In this document: positions 37,210 through 48,135 of the stretch, in pieces
How positions within the stretch are numbered: the first letter of the stretch is position 1
Layout: each line of letters opens with the position of its first letter
DNA from: Lentisphaeria bacterium
GTDB taxonomy: Bacteria > Verrucomicrobiota > Lentisphaeria > JABSQK01 > JAWLHB01
DNA: 64,000 nucleotides
Reading direction: 5' to 3'
Assembly (NCBI GenBank): GCA_041690595.1
Contig: JAWLHB010000008.1
Location: 124,001 to 188,000, forward strand
The notes under the pieces: model-generated
The model's database searches: none
What the model was told of the DNA's origin: nothing
Seen by the model: only the letters and a program-made list of their open reading frames with translations
Made by a program: the position numbers and the translations under genes

Positions 37210-38277
37210 ATGAAGACAACGACAACTATCAACGACGTGGCCAGTGCGGCTGGGGTCTCGATTGGCACAGTGTCGAGGGTGATCAACAATCGCCCCGGCG
37301 TGTCGTCCGCCGCGATGCAGGTGGTGCGCCGGGCGATGAATGAACTCGGTTATGAGCCGCCGCCGTTGCAGAACCGACGCGGGCCGAAGCCTGGTAAACG
37401 CAACCATGTCAGGCAACCGCGAAGCAGCAAGCAGGTCGCCCTGTTCACGCTTGGTATCCCCCGCGTGCAACTCCAGTCGCCGATCTACAGTGAGCTCCTG
37501 AATGGGGTGCATGATGGCTTGCGGGCAGCGGGAAAGTCCCTCACTGTCAACATTCTGGAGGCGCCCACGCTGGACATGGTGCAGGAAGGCATGCAGCAGG
37601 TTGACGGAGCGATATTCTTCTGCAGCAGCGCCGCGCGGCAGCTGATCGAGCCGCATCGCGGCTCTGCCTGTGTCCAGGTTTTCGGGGCAGTGCAGGCGGG
37701 CGAATGGTGGGATCATGTGACGTACCGCAACGCGGTGATCGGGCCCCTGGCGGTGCAGTGGCTGCGCTCGCGAGGACACGAGCATTTGGCGATGCTTGGC
37801 TCCAACGGGCCCGATGTGCATTTCCGCGAACGGCATCAGAGCTTTCTCGCCGCGGCGCCGGATGCGCTGGCGTTTGTCGCCGACGACCTGATTGAAGCAC
37901 CTGGCCACCTCAATACCGTGCGCCGCGAGCGGATGGCCGAGCTGATCGATCGGCTTTTGGCGAGCGAGCCTTGCCCAACCGGGCTCTTCGTGCCGGCGGA
38001 CATGCAGACAGTGGTGGCACAGGCCATCCTGCTCGAGCGTGGTATCGAGGTTGGCCGCGGAGTCGAGATCATCTCCTGCAATCGGACGGATATTCTCCTG
38101 GCCGGCCTGCATCCGCGGCCGGTGAGCATCGACATTCACGCCAGCCAGGTCGGTTGCCGCGCCGCCGAGCAGGTGCTCTGGCGGATCGAGCATCCCCACG
38201 AACCTGCCGTCCACCAAAGCATCGAGCCGGAAATGGAAGACAGCGGTTTAACGAAAACACCGTGGAGGCCCACATGA
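37210..38277 (+). CDS. LacI-family transcriptional regulator 3
   Basis: HTH '[22 protein letters not shown]'; C-terminus '[24 protein letters not shown]'. Confidence 0.93.
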   Translation: MKTTTTINDVASAAGVSIGTVSRVINNRPGVSSAAMQVVRRAMNELGYEPPPLQNRRGPKPGKRNHVRQPRSSKQVALFTLGIPRVQLQSPIYSELLNGVHDGLRAAGKSLTVNILEAPTLDMVQEGMQQVDGAIFFCSSAARQLIEPHRGSACVQVFGAVQAGEWWDHVTYRNAVIGPLAVQWLRSRGHEHLAMLGSNGPDVHFRERHQSFLAAAPDALAFVADDLIEAPGHLNTVRRERMAELIDRLLASEPCPTGLFVPADMQTVVAQAILLERGIEVGRGVEIISCNRTDILLAGLHPRPVSIDIHASQVGCRAAEQVLWRIEHPHEPAVHQSIEPEMEDSGLTKTPWRPT

Positions 38278-39065
38278 GAGCCAATGCACAGCATGATATA
38301 AGAAGCAGGAAACGGCGGTTCACCTTGATCGAATTATTGGTCGTCATCGCGATAATCGCCGTTCTGGCCAGTCTGTTGCTTCCAGCTCTGGGACGCGCAC
38401 GGGCCATGGCCCAGGAGACGGTCTGTTCGGGCAACCTCAAGCAGATCGGGTTGGCCGCGGCGATGTATCTTGGCGACTCGGATGGCTGGCATACACCCTG
38501 GGCCTCCGGCAACGCTTCGTACCTCGAACTGCTGGTGCAAGCGGGCGGCGACAACCTGACCCAGGCGCAGATCGATCGTGGCAGCTGGACCAAGGTGCAG
38601 GCGGCGGAATTGGGCAACATTCCCAAGCTCTGGTTATGTCCGTTCGACGATATCGATGGCGAGAAGACAGCCAATTCTGGGCGCCAGGCGCATTTGCAGT
38701 ACGAGAGTTACGCTATCACAGGCTATCCCTGGTTCGCCGATGGAAGCGATGCCCGCAACCGGCAGTACTTCGCCGGCAAAATGGAAGGCAGCACGACGCT
38801 ATTCCGGGCCGTTAAGGAGGGGGAGGTGCTGAACCCCAGCAACACCTTCTATCTGGGCGAGTGGTATTATGGTGCGTTCGGCACTGGCGCCAACGTTTGG
38901 AACAGCAGCGGTCCCTTCAACCGCACCACCCCGGACACCCACTACGCCCACAACTACTCGAAGCATCCAGGCTTGCGCCGCAATTACCTGATGGCGGATG
39001 GCCGAGCCGTTTTGCTGGTGGACAGCGAGGCGACCGCCAGCCGGTGGAGAATTGACCTGGAATGA
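38274..39065 (+). CDS. Second prepilin-type N-terminal domain protein with an H-X9/10-DG motif
   Basis: ATGA overlap with LacI-3 and a GGAGG RBS. '[46 protein letters not shown]', 'WLCP', '[14 protein letters not shown]'. Confidence 0.92.
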   Translation: MRANAQHDIRSRKRRFTLIELLVVIAIIAVLASLLLPALGRARAMAQETVCSGNLKQIGLAAAMYLGDSDGWHTPWASGNASYLELLVQAGGDNLTQAQIDRGSWTKVQAAELGNIPKLWLCPFDDIDGEKTANSGRQAHLQYESYAITGYPWFADGSDARNRQYFAGKMEGSTTLFRAVKEGEVLNPSNTFYLGEWYYGAFGTGANVWNSSGPFNRTTPDTHYAHNYSKHPGLRRNYLMADGRAVLLVDSEATASRWRIDLE

Positions 39066-42000
39066 AGCATTCTCGTCTTACCGCTTTCCTGGCGGTCTTT
39101 TTGCTGACGCTGGCCAGCTGGGCCGACGATTCACCGCTGGACCAGACCGCCTGGCGTATCCACTCCACCAACAAGCCGGACTGGTCGGCCACCTTCGCCG
39201 CCGCCAATGCCATTGACGGCAATCCAGATACCTACTGGTACCAGCACGGTCTGACCAGCTACGACTTGGTGCTCGACCTCGGCCAGGCCGAGGAGATCAA
39301 GGGCTTTCAGGCCAGTTGCCATCCCCAGCGTGCCAATGAGCCGCTACGCGACTACGAGCTGTACGTCAGCGACGATCCAGACAGTTGGGGCGAGCCGGCG
39401 GCTGAGAGCGAACTGCTGGGGGAAGGCGCTTCAACCCTCGTGACCTTTGCGCCGCGGCGCGGCCGCTTTGTGCTGCTGCGGGCATTGGTTGACGACCCGA
39501 AGCAGCGCATTTGTGTGGCCGAACTGAATCTCCTGGGCACCGGTGCGCCACCTATCGTGCCGTCTCCGACAGCGCGCTTCGAGCGCCGTAACGAGCCGGG
39601 CGAGATCGCCGTGCTCGGGCGCGACTTCCTGGGCTTGCTGCACCACCAGTTCATCGACCTTCACGTCAACGGTCTGCGTGGTCGCCCGGAGTATCTCAAG
39701 ATCATCGATGACTACCAGAAGGGAAACTATGAAGCGGCCTTGACAGCGTTTCGCGACTACTACCTGGGCAAGCTGCGACATCCCCAGGCGTACGGTCTGA
39801 CCAGCGCTGATGTGAGCCCGTTCTCGAGCGGCATCACCGGCATCGGCCGCTGGTCTGGACCACAGTTCGATCCGCGGATGACACCTGAGCAGGTGACCAC
39901 GGCCGCCGACAAGCTGATGGCGGGGAACCTGACCGTCGGCGACAAAGAGGTCATGATCGGTGAGCCCGGCGACGTCAATTGGAACCTGCCGCTTGACTCG
40001 GCAGAGGCCATCACCGACGAAGAGACCCCCTATCGCCAACTTTACACCGCGGCCTGCTTCACTATCCTGGTTCAGGCTTGGCACCAGACGGGCAACACCG
40101 ACTATCTGCAGCGCTGGTTCGATTATCTGGACGACTGGGCGTTGAATTGCACCTATCGGCTGAATCTGCATCCCAGCAGGATTCCGCATGCGGACAATGC
40201 CGACAGCACCGTGGCGTTTATTCGCCTTTTTGCGGCCATCGCCGCCGCTCCCGGTGGCCGCGATCTTGTCCCGCCGGCCACGCTGGCCCGGGTGCTGAAC
40301 CGGCAGCTGCGTTACGGCCCCATGTCCTCGATCGCCTACCTGCGCTCGAACTGCCACAACTGGACACCCGGCATGGGCCTGATGCTCAAAGCCCTGTTAC
40401 TCGACGAGTTCAAAGTCGCCGAACGCTGGTTCCGCGAGGCGCGGCGCCGCAACATCGAAGACAACGCGGTTACTCAGAACCTGCGCGACGGAACCGAAAA
40501 CCAGCAATGCCCCTGGTACAACGACAACTATCTGCAAGTGCACGAAGCGCTGCGCCTGCTCGAGGCCCGGATTAACGTGCCGACCTGGCAAGAGCGTCTC
40601 TGGCTCCTGGAACTCCGACACGACATGCAATGGCGCCAGAGCATCACCGAACACCTGACCGCCCGGCTCAATTACTATTTGCTCAACCGCACCCCGCAGA
40701 ACCAATGGCCGATACCCTGGCGTGGCGGCGACAAGCGCGGCGCCACCGGCATACCCGCCGAAAACCACTACGGCAACCTTCAGGCCATGGCGCCCGACGC
40801 CTATGCCGGCGGTGAGAACTGGAAGATCATCCAGGCAATCACCAATCCAGAGTCGGGTATCCGGCCCAGCCTTACCGGCAACTGGTTCCCGTACGGCGGC
40901 TACAACATTGCCTGGGAAGGCTGGGAACGGGACAGCGGCTACGGCGCACTCTTCTGCTCGCCGCAACCCGGCGCCTATGGCGGCTTCCGCAGCCGCAGCA
41001 ACAACAACACCTTCGGTCTCGCCGCCTTTGGGCAGGATCTGTTGATCGAGGATACAGTCGGTCATTACATGTATCCTTCGTCGCCGATCAAAGTCGATGG
41101 GCGCAATCAGTTTTTCCACGCCGGTATTTATAAAGTGCCGAGCCCTTCGAATCATAAGTCGTACCAGGTCAGTGCCTGGACGGAACCGGCCGGCTGGCGT
41201 TGGCACGCCTCGGCGTCCTTCAACCTGATGGAGGGTGTCTATTCCGGCCCCTACGGTGAACTCAGCGATAAAACGGCGGTCACCAATGACCATGGTCCGG
41301 AGGAGTCCCTGCAGGGAACGCTGTCGTTGGTTCAGACGCTGCAGGGCATCACCCATCAGCGTCTGGTGCAGCACCTGCGCGGCAGTGGCCTCTGGATTAT
41401 CACTGACCGCATGAGCGCAGCCGATGGGAAGGCGCACGATTTCGAACAGATCTGGCATCTGCCGCTGAAACCATCAGATTCCCCAGCGTTTGAGGAAGCG
41501 GATATCAGCGTTGACGCCGATGCACGTCGTATCGTCACGGCCAGCACCGCCCAGAGCCAGGCGAATCTCACTCTCAACCAGTTCAGCACCGACGACCTGA
41601 CCTACACCACCAGGGTCGTGCCGAACAATCCCAAGAACCGTTACATGGTCTTCGGCCGAAAGCAGGTTCACGTCACCTGGCAGGCGCAAGGGCCCAGCCA
41701 GGTCATCACGCTGGCCATCCCCCGTGCCACAGGCGTGTCCGATACCGAGGTGCTGACGGATCTCGAACAGCTCTCACCAGGCGGCGATGCATGTGGATTT
41801 GCCGCAACAACCCCCGCCGGCGCCCGCATCGAGTACCTGGCTGCCGCGGGAAAGAGCGCTGTCCTCGAGCTCGGGGCCGTCAATGCCACTGCCGAAAGCC
41901 TGCTGCTCGTCACCCACGGCGCTTCCATCAGCGGTATCGTTCTCGGCTGCACAAGCTTCCAGGGAAATGCCCCCGAGACAGCTGATTTCGAATTCATCGG

Positions 42001-42904
42001 CCATATGATCGTGCCGATCCATCGCCCTATCGACCCTGTGACGATCTCGCCGAACCGCAACGTCTTCATGGACAAGGTCGAGGTGACAATGTCCAGCAAG
42101 ACCCCTGGCGTCGAGATCCGTTACACGCTGGACGGCAGCGAGCCCACCCCGCACTCGCGCCTGTACGTCGGTCCGTTCACGGTGAATCACACCGCGGTCG
42201 TCAAAGCCCGCGCCTATCGCCCTGGGGTCACGGAGAATCCAGCGGTGCTGAGCGGCACGCATGCCACGGTGGTCACGAAAGCGACACTCACTCGCCAGAC
42301 GCCCCAGGCCGCCAAAGAGGCCAACGCGATGACTCCCGGCCTGACCTGCCGCTACTACGAAGGCGAGTGGCAAAGGCTCTGGATGTTCCTCGATGAACTT
42401 AAACCGTTGCAGCAGACGGTGGTGAACGAGCTGTTCGACCTGAGCGTGATTCCCGCCGACAATCCCCCAGTCGGCGAGGCTCCCGCACCGCGTCAGCGGT
42501 ACTATGCGCTGGAGTACAGCGGCTACCTCGACATTCCGGCCGATGGCGTCTACACGATCCATGCGCCGCGCGAGTTCGTTTATCCCGATACCGATGCCGG
42601 CTACGAGCTGCGCGTTTATCTGGGGGAGCGGCGTGTGCCCTACGGTGGCCGGACCGAAGCGTACGGCCTCAACGAGTGGTATCCGGCTACCTCGCTGCAC
42701 GCCTTCGGCAACTGGTCGATTGCGTTGAAACAAGGTCTGCAGCCGTTCCGCCTGGTCTGGGTCGACTATCGCACCACCGCGGCGCAGGAGCTGAACAGGC
42801 CCGGCCTCAACGACTACATCTGGAGCGGCGTCACCCCGGATCTGAAGATCTCCGGCCCGGATATGGAGGCGCAGCCAATTCCAACCACCTGGCTGGTGCA
42901 TTGA
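39062..42904 (+). CDS. Secreted modular protein: F5/8-type C (CBM32-like), heparinase II/III-like core, chitobiase/beta-hexosaminidase C-terminal (FN3-associated) domain, PA14-like domain
   Basis: Signal [21 protein letters not shown]; '[11 protein letters not shown]', 'LVLDLG'. Core 'HNWTPG', '[12 protein letters not shown]', '[13 protein letters not shown]'. '[12 protein letters not shown]'. PA14-like '[14 protein letters not shown]'. Confidence 0.85.
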   Translation: MKHSRLTAFLAVFLLTLASWADDSPLDQTAWRIHSTNKPDWSATFAAANAIDGNPDTYWYQHGLTSYDLVLDLGQAEEIKGFQASCHPQRANEPLRDYELYVSDDPDSWGEPAAESELLGEGASTLVTFAPRRGRFVLLRALVDDPKQRICVAELNLLGTGAPPIVPSPTARFERRNEPGEIAVLGRDFLGLLHHQFIDLHVNGLRGRPEYLKIIDDYQKGNYEAALTAFRDYYLGKLRHPQAYGLTSADVSPFSSGITGIGRWSGPQFDPRMTPEQVTTAADKLMAGNLTVGDKEVMIGEPGDVNWNLPLDSAEAITDEETPYRQLYTAACFTILVQAWHQTGNTDYLQRWFDYLDDWALNCTYRLNLHPSRIPHADNADSTVAFIRLFAAIAAAPGGRDLVPPATLARVLNRQLRYGPMSSIAYLRSNCHNWTPGMGLMLKALLLDEFKVAERWFREARRRNIEDNAVTQNLRDGTENQQCPWYNDNYLQVHEALRLLEARINVPTWQERLWLLELRHDMQWRQSITEHLTARLNYYLLNRTPQNQWPIPWRGGDKRGATGIPAENHYGNLQAMAPDAYAGGENWKIIQAITNPESGIRPSLTGNWFPYGGYNIAWEGWERDSGYGALFCSPQPGAYGGFRSRSNNNTFGLAAFGQDLLIEDTVGHYMYPSSPIKVDGRNQFFHAGIYKVPSPSNHKSYQVSAWTEPAGWRWHASASFNLMEGVYSGPYGELSDKTAVTNDHGPEESLQGTLSLVQTLQGITHQRLVQHLRGSGLWIITDRMSAADGKAHDFEQIWHLPLKPSDSPAFEEADISVDADARRIVTASTAQSQANLTLNQFSTDDLTYTTRVVPNNPKNRYMVFGRKQVHVTWQAQGPSQVITLAIPRATGVSDTEVLTDLEQLSPGGDACGFAATTPAGARIEYLAAAGKSAVLELGAVNATAESLLLVTHGASISGIVLGCTSFQGNAPETADFEFIGHMIVPIHRPIDPVTISPNRNVFMDKVEVTMSSKTPGVEIRYTLDGSEPTPHSRLYVGPFTVNHTAVVKARAYRPGVTENPAVLSGTHATVVTKATLTRQTPQAAKEANAMTPGLTCRYYEGEWQRLWMFLDELKPLQQTVVNELFDLSVIPADNPPVGEAPAPRQRYYALEYSGYLDIPADGVYTIHAPREFVYPDTDAGYELRVYLGERRVPYGGRTEAYGLNEWYPATSLHAFGNWSIALKQGLQPFRLVWVDYRTTAAQELNRPGLNDYIWSGVTPDLKISGPDMEAQPIPTTWLVH

Positions 42905-42918
42905 TTGGTGAGAATCCT

Positions 42919-45513
42919 GTGACGTCATTTGTATATAGCGGCGACTACACCCGCGAAATTTCCTTTCCACTTGGCGGGATCGGCACGGGCTGCATTGGCC
43001 TGGGCGGCAACGGTCGACTGATCGACTGGGAAATCTTCAATCGTCCGAACAAAGGCAGCTACAACGGCTTCTCGCATTTTGCGGTTCGCGTTCAGCGCGG
43101 TGACGAGGTCATCGACGCCCGGGTGCTCAACAGCGACTTTCTGGGCAGTCATATGGGCGAGCCGGAAAGGAATGCCTTTGCCGGGTTCGGGTTCGGACCC
43201 TCCCGCCATACGCTGGCTGGGATGCCGCACTTCCGCGACGCGACGTTCACCGGCACCTTTCCATTGGCCCGTCTGGAGTTCGGGGACGACACCTTTCCCG
43301 GTCAGGTTTCGGTGAACGCCTTCAATCCCTTCATCCCCCTCAACGACCACGACTCCGGCATCCCCGCGGCTTTCTTCGAGATCGAAGTCTGCAACACCAC
43401 GGACGAGGTGCTGACTTACGGCGTCGCCGGAACGGTGGCCAACCCATTGCCGGGGCCGCAGGTGCATCGTGTGACGCGTGACGGCGAAGGCTGCGCCCTG
43501 CATCTGCGGAGCAACGGCGTCGAGGAGCATGAAATCGGCTACGGCGAGCTGACGCTGGCTACCGATACCGCTGATACCGCCGCCCAACGCTACTGGTTTC
43601 GGGGTGGCTGGCGGGACAACATCGAAATCTACTGGCGGGATCTCACCACCCCCGGCCCATTGCCTGAGCGCAGCTATCCGGAAGCGGCGGCCGGCGATGG
43701 CAATCATGGGACGCTGATGGCTCCACTCTGCCTGAAAGCGGGAGAGACCGGTCGAGTGCGGTTTGTCATCGCCTGGCACTTCCCGAACTGCGAAAGGTAC
43801 TGGACGAAAGGTGCGGAAGAGAATGATTGCGGCTGCGCCACTGGTGAGTGCAGTCAGAAGAAGAGCTGGCGAAACTACTATGCCACGCTCTGGGCGGATT
43901 CCGCCGCCAGTGCGGCCTACGCACTGACCGAATGGAATCGCCTCGAACGCGACACGCGGCTGTTCCGGGACACCCTCTTCACATCGACGCTGCCGGTATC
44001 GGTGATCGATGCGGTTTCCGCCAATATCTCGATTTTGAAGACACCGACAGTCTTGCGTCTGGAAGATGGCACCTTCTACGGCTGGGAAGGGTGTTGTGCG
44101 ACGGCCGGATGCTGCGAAGGTTCCTGCACCCATGTCTGGAACTATGCCCAGGCGCTGCCGTTCCTCTTTCCGAACCTGGAGCGCAGCATGCGTGAGGCGG
44201 ACTACCGCTACAACCTGCGGTCAGATGGCGGCATGCCGTTCCGCCTGCAGTTGCCGATGGGCGCGCCGCGCTCCAGATTTCGCCCCTGTCCCGATGGGCA
44301 ACTCGGTGGCGCGCTCAAGGTCTATCGCGACTGGAAGATCAGCGGCGATACGAACTGGCTGCGCAGCCTCTGGCCGGCGGTCAAGGCATCTCTCCAGTAC
44401 GCCTGGAGCGCGGACAACGAAGACCGCTGGGATCCGGAACGCACCGGAGTGCTCCATGGCCGCCAGCATCACACCCTCGACCACGAGCTCTTCGGGCCGA
44501 ACTCATGGCTGACCGGCTTCTACCTGGGTGCGCTCAAAGCCGGTGCCGAGATGGCTGCCGCACTGGGCGAGGAGGATACCGCAGAGGAGTACAGGGCGCT
44601 CTTCGAGCGGGGGCGAACGTGGGTGGAAGCCAACCTTTTCAATGGCGACTACTACGGACAGCAGATCGACCTGAAAGACCAGCGTCTGATCGAGGCATTC
44701 GACAAGGACGGCGAAGCGCTCGGCCATTATTGGAACGTGGAACATGGCGAGATCAAGTACCAGATCGGCGCGGGGTGCGCAATCGACCAGGTGTTGGCCC
44801 AGTGGCATGCCGATCTGTACGGCCTGGGGGAGATTTTTAAGCGGGCGCGCGTACGGTCGGCGCTGGCCGCGGTCTATCGCCACAACTTCAAGCCCGCCAT
44901 GCGCATCGAGGCCAACACCTGGCGCCTCTTCGCGCTCAACGACGAGGCCGGTGTCGTCATCTGTTCGTGGCCCAAGGGTGTCCGTCGACCGGCCATTCCC
45001 TTGCCGTACGCACCAGAGACCATGACCGGCTTCGAGTATGCCGCAGCCGGCGCCATGATCCAGAACGGCCTGGTCGAAGAAGGCCTGACGGTGGTGAAAG
45101 CCGTGCGCGATCGCTACGATGGCCGGCGACGCAACCCCTGGAATGAGATCGAGTGCGGCAGCAACTATGCCCGCGCCATGGCCAGCTTCGCGCTGCTGCA
45201 CGCCTTCAGCGGGTTTAGCTTCGACATGACCCGAGGCATGATCGGGTTTCGTCCCGTTGTGTCCGGGGACTTCCGCGGTTTCTGGAGCTTGGGGCAAGCC
45301 TGGGGCGAGCTGGGCCGACGTGGCCAGAAGGCCCATATCAGCGTCCACTACGGGCAGTTGGAGGTGAAGGAACTGCAACTGGCCGCAGCAGCGTCTGTGA
45401 TTGAGCAGAGCGGAGTGGGCGTTCAGTTCACGCTGAAGGATCGCGGAACAATCGTTCTTGAACAGGCTGCCGTCTTGAATTCGGGGGATGAACTATCCAT
45501 TGCCTTCTCATGA
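42919..45513 (+). CDS. GH116 family glycosidase (non-lysosomal glucosylceramidase / beta-glucosidase-like)
   Basis: 'FPLGGIGTG', 'WEIFNRPNKG', 'FYGWEG', 'CEGSCTHVWNY', 'HTLD', 'LFNGDYY', 'PETMTGFEY', 'RYDG..RNPWNEIECGSNYARAM'. GTG start inferred at 42919. Confidence 0.92.
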   Translation: MTSFVYSGDYTREISFPLGGIGTGCIGLGGNGRLIDWEIFNRPNKGSYNGFSHFAVRVQRGDEVIDARVLNSDFLGSHMGEPERNAFAGFGFGPSRHTLAGMPHFRDATFTGTFPLARLEFGDDTFPGQVSVNAFNPFIPLNDHDSGIPAAFFEIEVCNTTDEVLTYGVAGTVANPLPGPQVHRVTRDGEGCALHLRSNGVEEHEIGYGELTLATDTADTAAQRYWFRGGWRDNIEIYWRDLTTPGPLPERSYPEAAAGDGNHGTLMAPLCLKAGETGRVRFVIAWHFPNCERYWTKGAEENDCGCATGECSQKKSWRNYYATLWADSAASAAYALTEWNRLERDTRLFRDTLFTSTLPVSVIDAVSANISILKTPTVLRLEDGTFYGWEGCCATAGCCEGSCTHVWNYAQALPFLFPNLERSMREADYRYNLRSDGGMPFRLQLPMGAPRSRFRPCPDGQLGGALKVYRDWKISGDTNWLRSLWPAVKASLQYAWSADNEDRWDPERTGVLHGRQHHTLDHELFGPNSWLTGFYLGALKAGAEMAAALGEEDTAEEYRALFERGRTWVEANLFNGDYYGQQIDLKDQRLIEAFDKDGEALGHYWNVEHGEIKYQIGAGCAIDQVLAQWHADLYGLGEIFKRARVRSALAAVYRHNFKPAMRIEANTWRLFALNDEAGVVICSWPKGVRRPAIPLPYAPETMTGFEYAAAGAMIQNGLVEEGLTVVKAVRDRYDGRRRNPWNEIECGSNYARAMASFALLHAFSGFSFDMTRGMIGFRPVVSGDFRGFWSLGQAWGELGRRGQKAHISVHYGQLEVKELQLAAAASVIEQSGVGVQFTLKDRGTIVLEQAAVLNSGDELSIAFS

Positions 45514-45538
45514 ACCGACGAGAACAAGGAGAGTTGAG

Positions 45539-47110
45539 ATGACCGAGTCACGAGAATCAAAATGTCCGCACTTCACATTCGGGAATACTCTTGAGGAACA
45601 GCAGGCGGAGCTGCGGGAAAATGAACTCCTCGAACGTTTCGCTTCCTCGCGGGCGAAGCTATCCGCGGACCGCTATCGGCCGCAGTACCACTTCGTGAGT
45701 CCGGAGAGTCTGCTCAATGACCCGAACGGCCTCTGCTTCTGGCAGGGGAAATGGCATCTTTTCTATCAGGCATTTCCCCAGGAACACAGGGAAGATCCCT
45801 GGAGAGCGGTTCATTGGGGACATGCTGTCAGTGAGAAGCTTATTCATTGGCAGGATCTGCCTTACGCCATCTATCCCGACCCGGAACGCAGTTGCTTTTC
45901 AGGGTCCACGCTTGTCGAGGATGACCGGGTCATCGCCATGTACCACGGAACAGAACTTGGCAACATGGTTGCGGTCTCCAGCGACCCGCTGCTGCTCAAC
46001 TGGGCGAAACTCACCGGTGATGCCGTGATCAAGCCGGATGACTTCCCTGACCTGCCCCGGGTCTTTGACCCGTGCATCTGGAAGCAGGGAGACTGGTACT
46101 ATTCGCTCTCCGCGGGAGTTCTCCCGAACAAGCACGGCCCCAGAGAACACCGGGCAGATTTTCTCCTGCGATCCAGGGACCTGATGAAATGGGAATTCCT
46201 GCACGACTTCCTGGACGGCGACAGGTTCGGCTACGTGGGCGACGACGGGGCCTGCCCCTATTTCTGGCCCATAGGGGACAAGCATATACTCCTTCATTAT
46301 TCGCACATGAGCGGAGCGCACTACCTGATTGGCGACTACGATACGGAAGCGCAGAAATTGCTTGTCACCAACGGCGGCGACTTCACCTTCGGTCCCACAT
46401 CATATGGGAGCCTTCACGCACCGTCGGCGTGCCCCGCCCCGGATGGAAGCGGCGACATCATCTGTATCTTCAATGTGAACACGGGAAAGCCGACTCCTCC
46501 ATGGAATCAGGTCATGAGCCTGCCGCGCCGCCTGTCCCTGCTCGTTGGTGACCGGCTTGCCCAGGAGCCAGCCGGGGATGTCGAGTCTCTGCGAGGAGAA
46601 CGAATACGCATCGGCGCGATGACGCTGGAGGCCAATGAGGAAATCGTTCTCGATACCATCAGCGGCGACTGTATGGAGATAGAAGTCGAACTGGATCCCA
46701 TGAGCGCGCAGTTCGTGGAACTCAACGTCTTGCGCTCTCCTGGGCGGGAAGAGTTCACCCGCATTGCCTTTTACAGAAATCGCGGGTTCCGCATCACCAA
46801 CCACGGGGAGCAACCGGTACGGCATAACAGCATCATTTCTCTCGACACCACGAATTCGTCGGAGCTTCCGGATGTCGCCATCCGTCTGCCAGAAAATGGC
46901 CCTTTCGAGCTGTCCGAGGGCGAAAGCGTGAAGCTGCGCGTCTTCATTGACCGGAGCATCGTCGAAGTCTTTGCCAACGGCCGCCAGTGCGTCGCCGCGC
47001 GGGTCTATCCCGGCCGGGATGATTCAACCGGGATCTCAATCCGCGCGAGGGGCTCGAAAGCGAAGCTGCTGAGGCTCGATGCCTGGCAGATGAGAACGAT
47101 CTACAGGTGA
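45539..47110 (+). CDS. GH32 family protein with an atypical catalytic motif
   Basis: 'RPQYHF', 'NDPNG', 'WHLFYQ', 'HWGHAVS', 'FSGS', C-terminal 'LRVFIDRSIVEVFAN'. RDP appears as FDP and EC as AC. AAGGAG RBS. Confidence 0.88.
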   Translation: MTESRESKCPHFTFGNTLEEQQAELRENELLERFASSRAKLSADRYRPQYHFVSPESLLNDPNGLCFWQGKWHLFYQAFPQEHREDPWRAVHWGHAVSEKLIHWQDLPYAIYPDPERSCFSGSTLVEDDRVIAMYHGTELGNMVAVSSDPLLLNWAKLTGDAVIKPDDFPDLPRVFDPCIWKQGDWYYSLSAGVLPNKHGPREHRADFLLRSRDLMKWEFLHDFLDGDRFGYVGDDGACPYFWPIGDKHILLHYSHMSGAHYLIGDYDTEAQKLLVTNGGDFTFGPTSYGSLHAPSACPAPDGSGDIICIFNVNTGKPTPPWNQVMSLPRRLSLLVGDRLAQEPAGDVESLRGERIRIGAMTLEANEEIVLDTISGDCMEIEVELDPMSAQFVELNVLRSPGREEFTRIAFYRNRGFRITNHGEQPVRHNSIISLDTTNSSELPDVAIRLPENGPFELSEGESVKLRVFIDRSIVEVFANGRQCVAARVYPGRDDSTGISIRARGSKAKLLRLDAWQMRTIYR

Positions 47111-47186
47111 GACTTTTGCATACAGAACATACCATGAATCATCTCTTTCTCGATGGATTCCGGGCTAGTGTCATGGAGGCGTTTTA

Positions 47187-48122
47187 GTGAAAACGCTGCA
47201 AAGCATGCAACCTGTTCAAGGCTTCGAGTACACGGACATCCTGGGCGGTTTTGCGGAAGGTATTACGCGCCGGGATCCGTCGCCGGTCATTCTGGTGGGG
47301 AACACCTACTATGTATGGTACTCCCGCAGCACCGTCACCGGTCACGGCTACACCGCCACAATCTGGTATGCAACCAGTGGGGATGGCTATCAATGGAGCG
47401 AACAGAGACAGGCGCTGGGACGCGGTGCCGTTGGCGCCTTCGACGAACACGCGGTATTCACTCCCTCGGTTCTGGTGCATGAAGGCCGATATTATCTGAG
47501 CTACACCGCCGTCCCGGAACCGTTCTACAACGGTGCCGCCGGTCAGCCGGGCATCACGCCCACCGCCATCGGCCTGGCGGGTGCCGACGCGCCGGATGGC
47601 CCCTGGCAACGCGTCTGCACCGAACCCATCCTGACACCGTCCGCCGACCCGGAGCAGTTCGACAGCCTGCGGGTGGACGACACCTGCTTCGTGGTGCGTG
47701 AAGGTCGGGTCTGGATGTATTACAAGGGTCGCGGCATCGGCCGCACACCCGCTGAGACGAAAATGGGCTTGGCCATCGCCGAACGCCCGGAAGGCCCTTA
47801 TCAGAGGAACGTGCAGAACCCGGTCGTCGACGGCGGTCACGAGGTCTGCGTCTGGCCGACCGACGGCGGCGTCGCGTCGATGCACAGCAACGTCGGACCG
47901 CAGGGCAACACGTTGCAGTTTGCCGCCGATGGCCGGCATTTCGCCAAAGTCGCCGACATCACGCCCCCCATGGCGCCCGGTCCCTTTCGTGCCGATCACT
48001 ACGCCGACAATGCCGACATGCAACTGACCTGGGGCGTCTGCATGCGCGAAGAAAACGGCTGGCCGTGGCTGCAGCGGTTCGCTCTCGATTCATCGTCTGC
48101 AGATATGGAAACACCTGGCTGA
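47187..48122 (+). CDS. Five-bladed beta-propeller glycosidase, GH117/GH43-like
   Basis: 'RRDPSPVI..GNTYYVWYS', 'IWYATSGDG', 'AVFTPSVL', 'FDSLRVDD', 'MYYKG', 'GHEVCVWP'. GGAGG precedes the GTG. Confidence 0.85.
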   Translation: MKTLQSMQPVQGFEYTDILGGFAEGITRRDPSPVILVGNTYYVWYSRSTVTGHGYTATIWYATSGDGYQWSEQRQALGRGAVGAFDEHAVFTPSVLVHEGRYYLSYTAVPEPFYNGAAGQPGITPTAIGLAGADAPDGPWQRVCTEPILTPSADPEQFDSLRVDDTCFVVREGRVWMYYKGRGIGRTPAETKMGLAIAERPEGPYQRNVQNPVVDGGHEVCVWPTDGGVASMHSNVGPQGNTLQFAADGRHFAKVADITPPMAPGPFRADHYADNADMQLTWGVCMREENGWPWLQRFALDSSSADMETPG

Positions 48123-48135
48123 GGAATGTCTGGCA

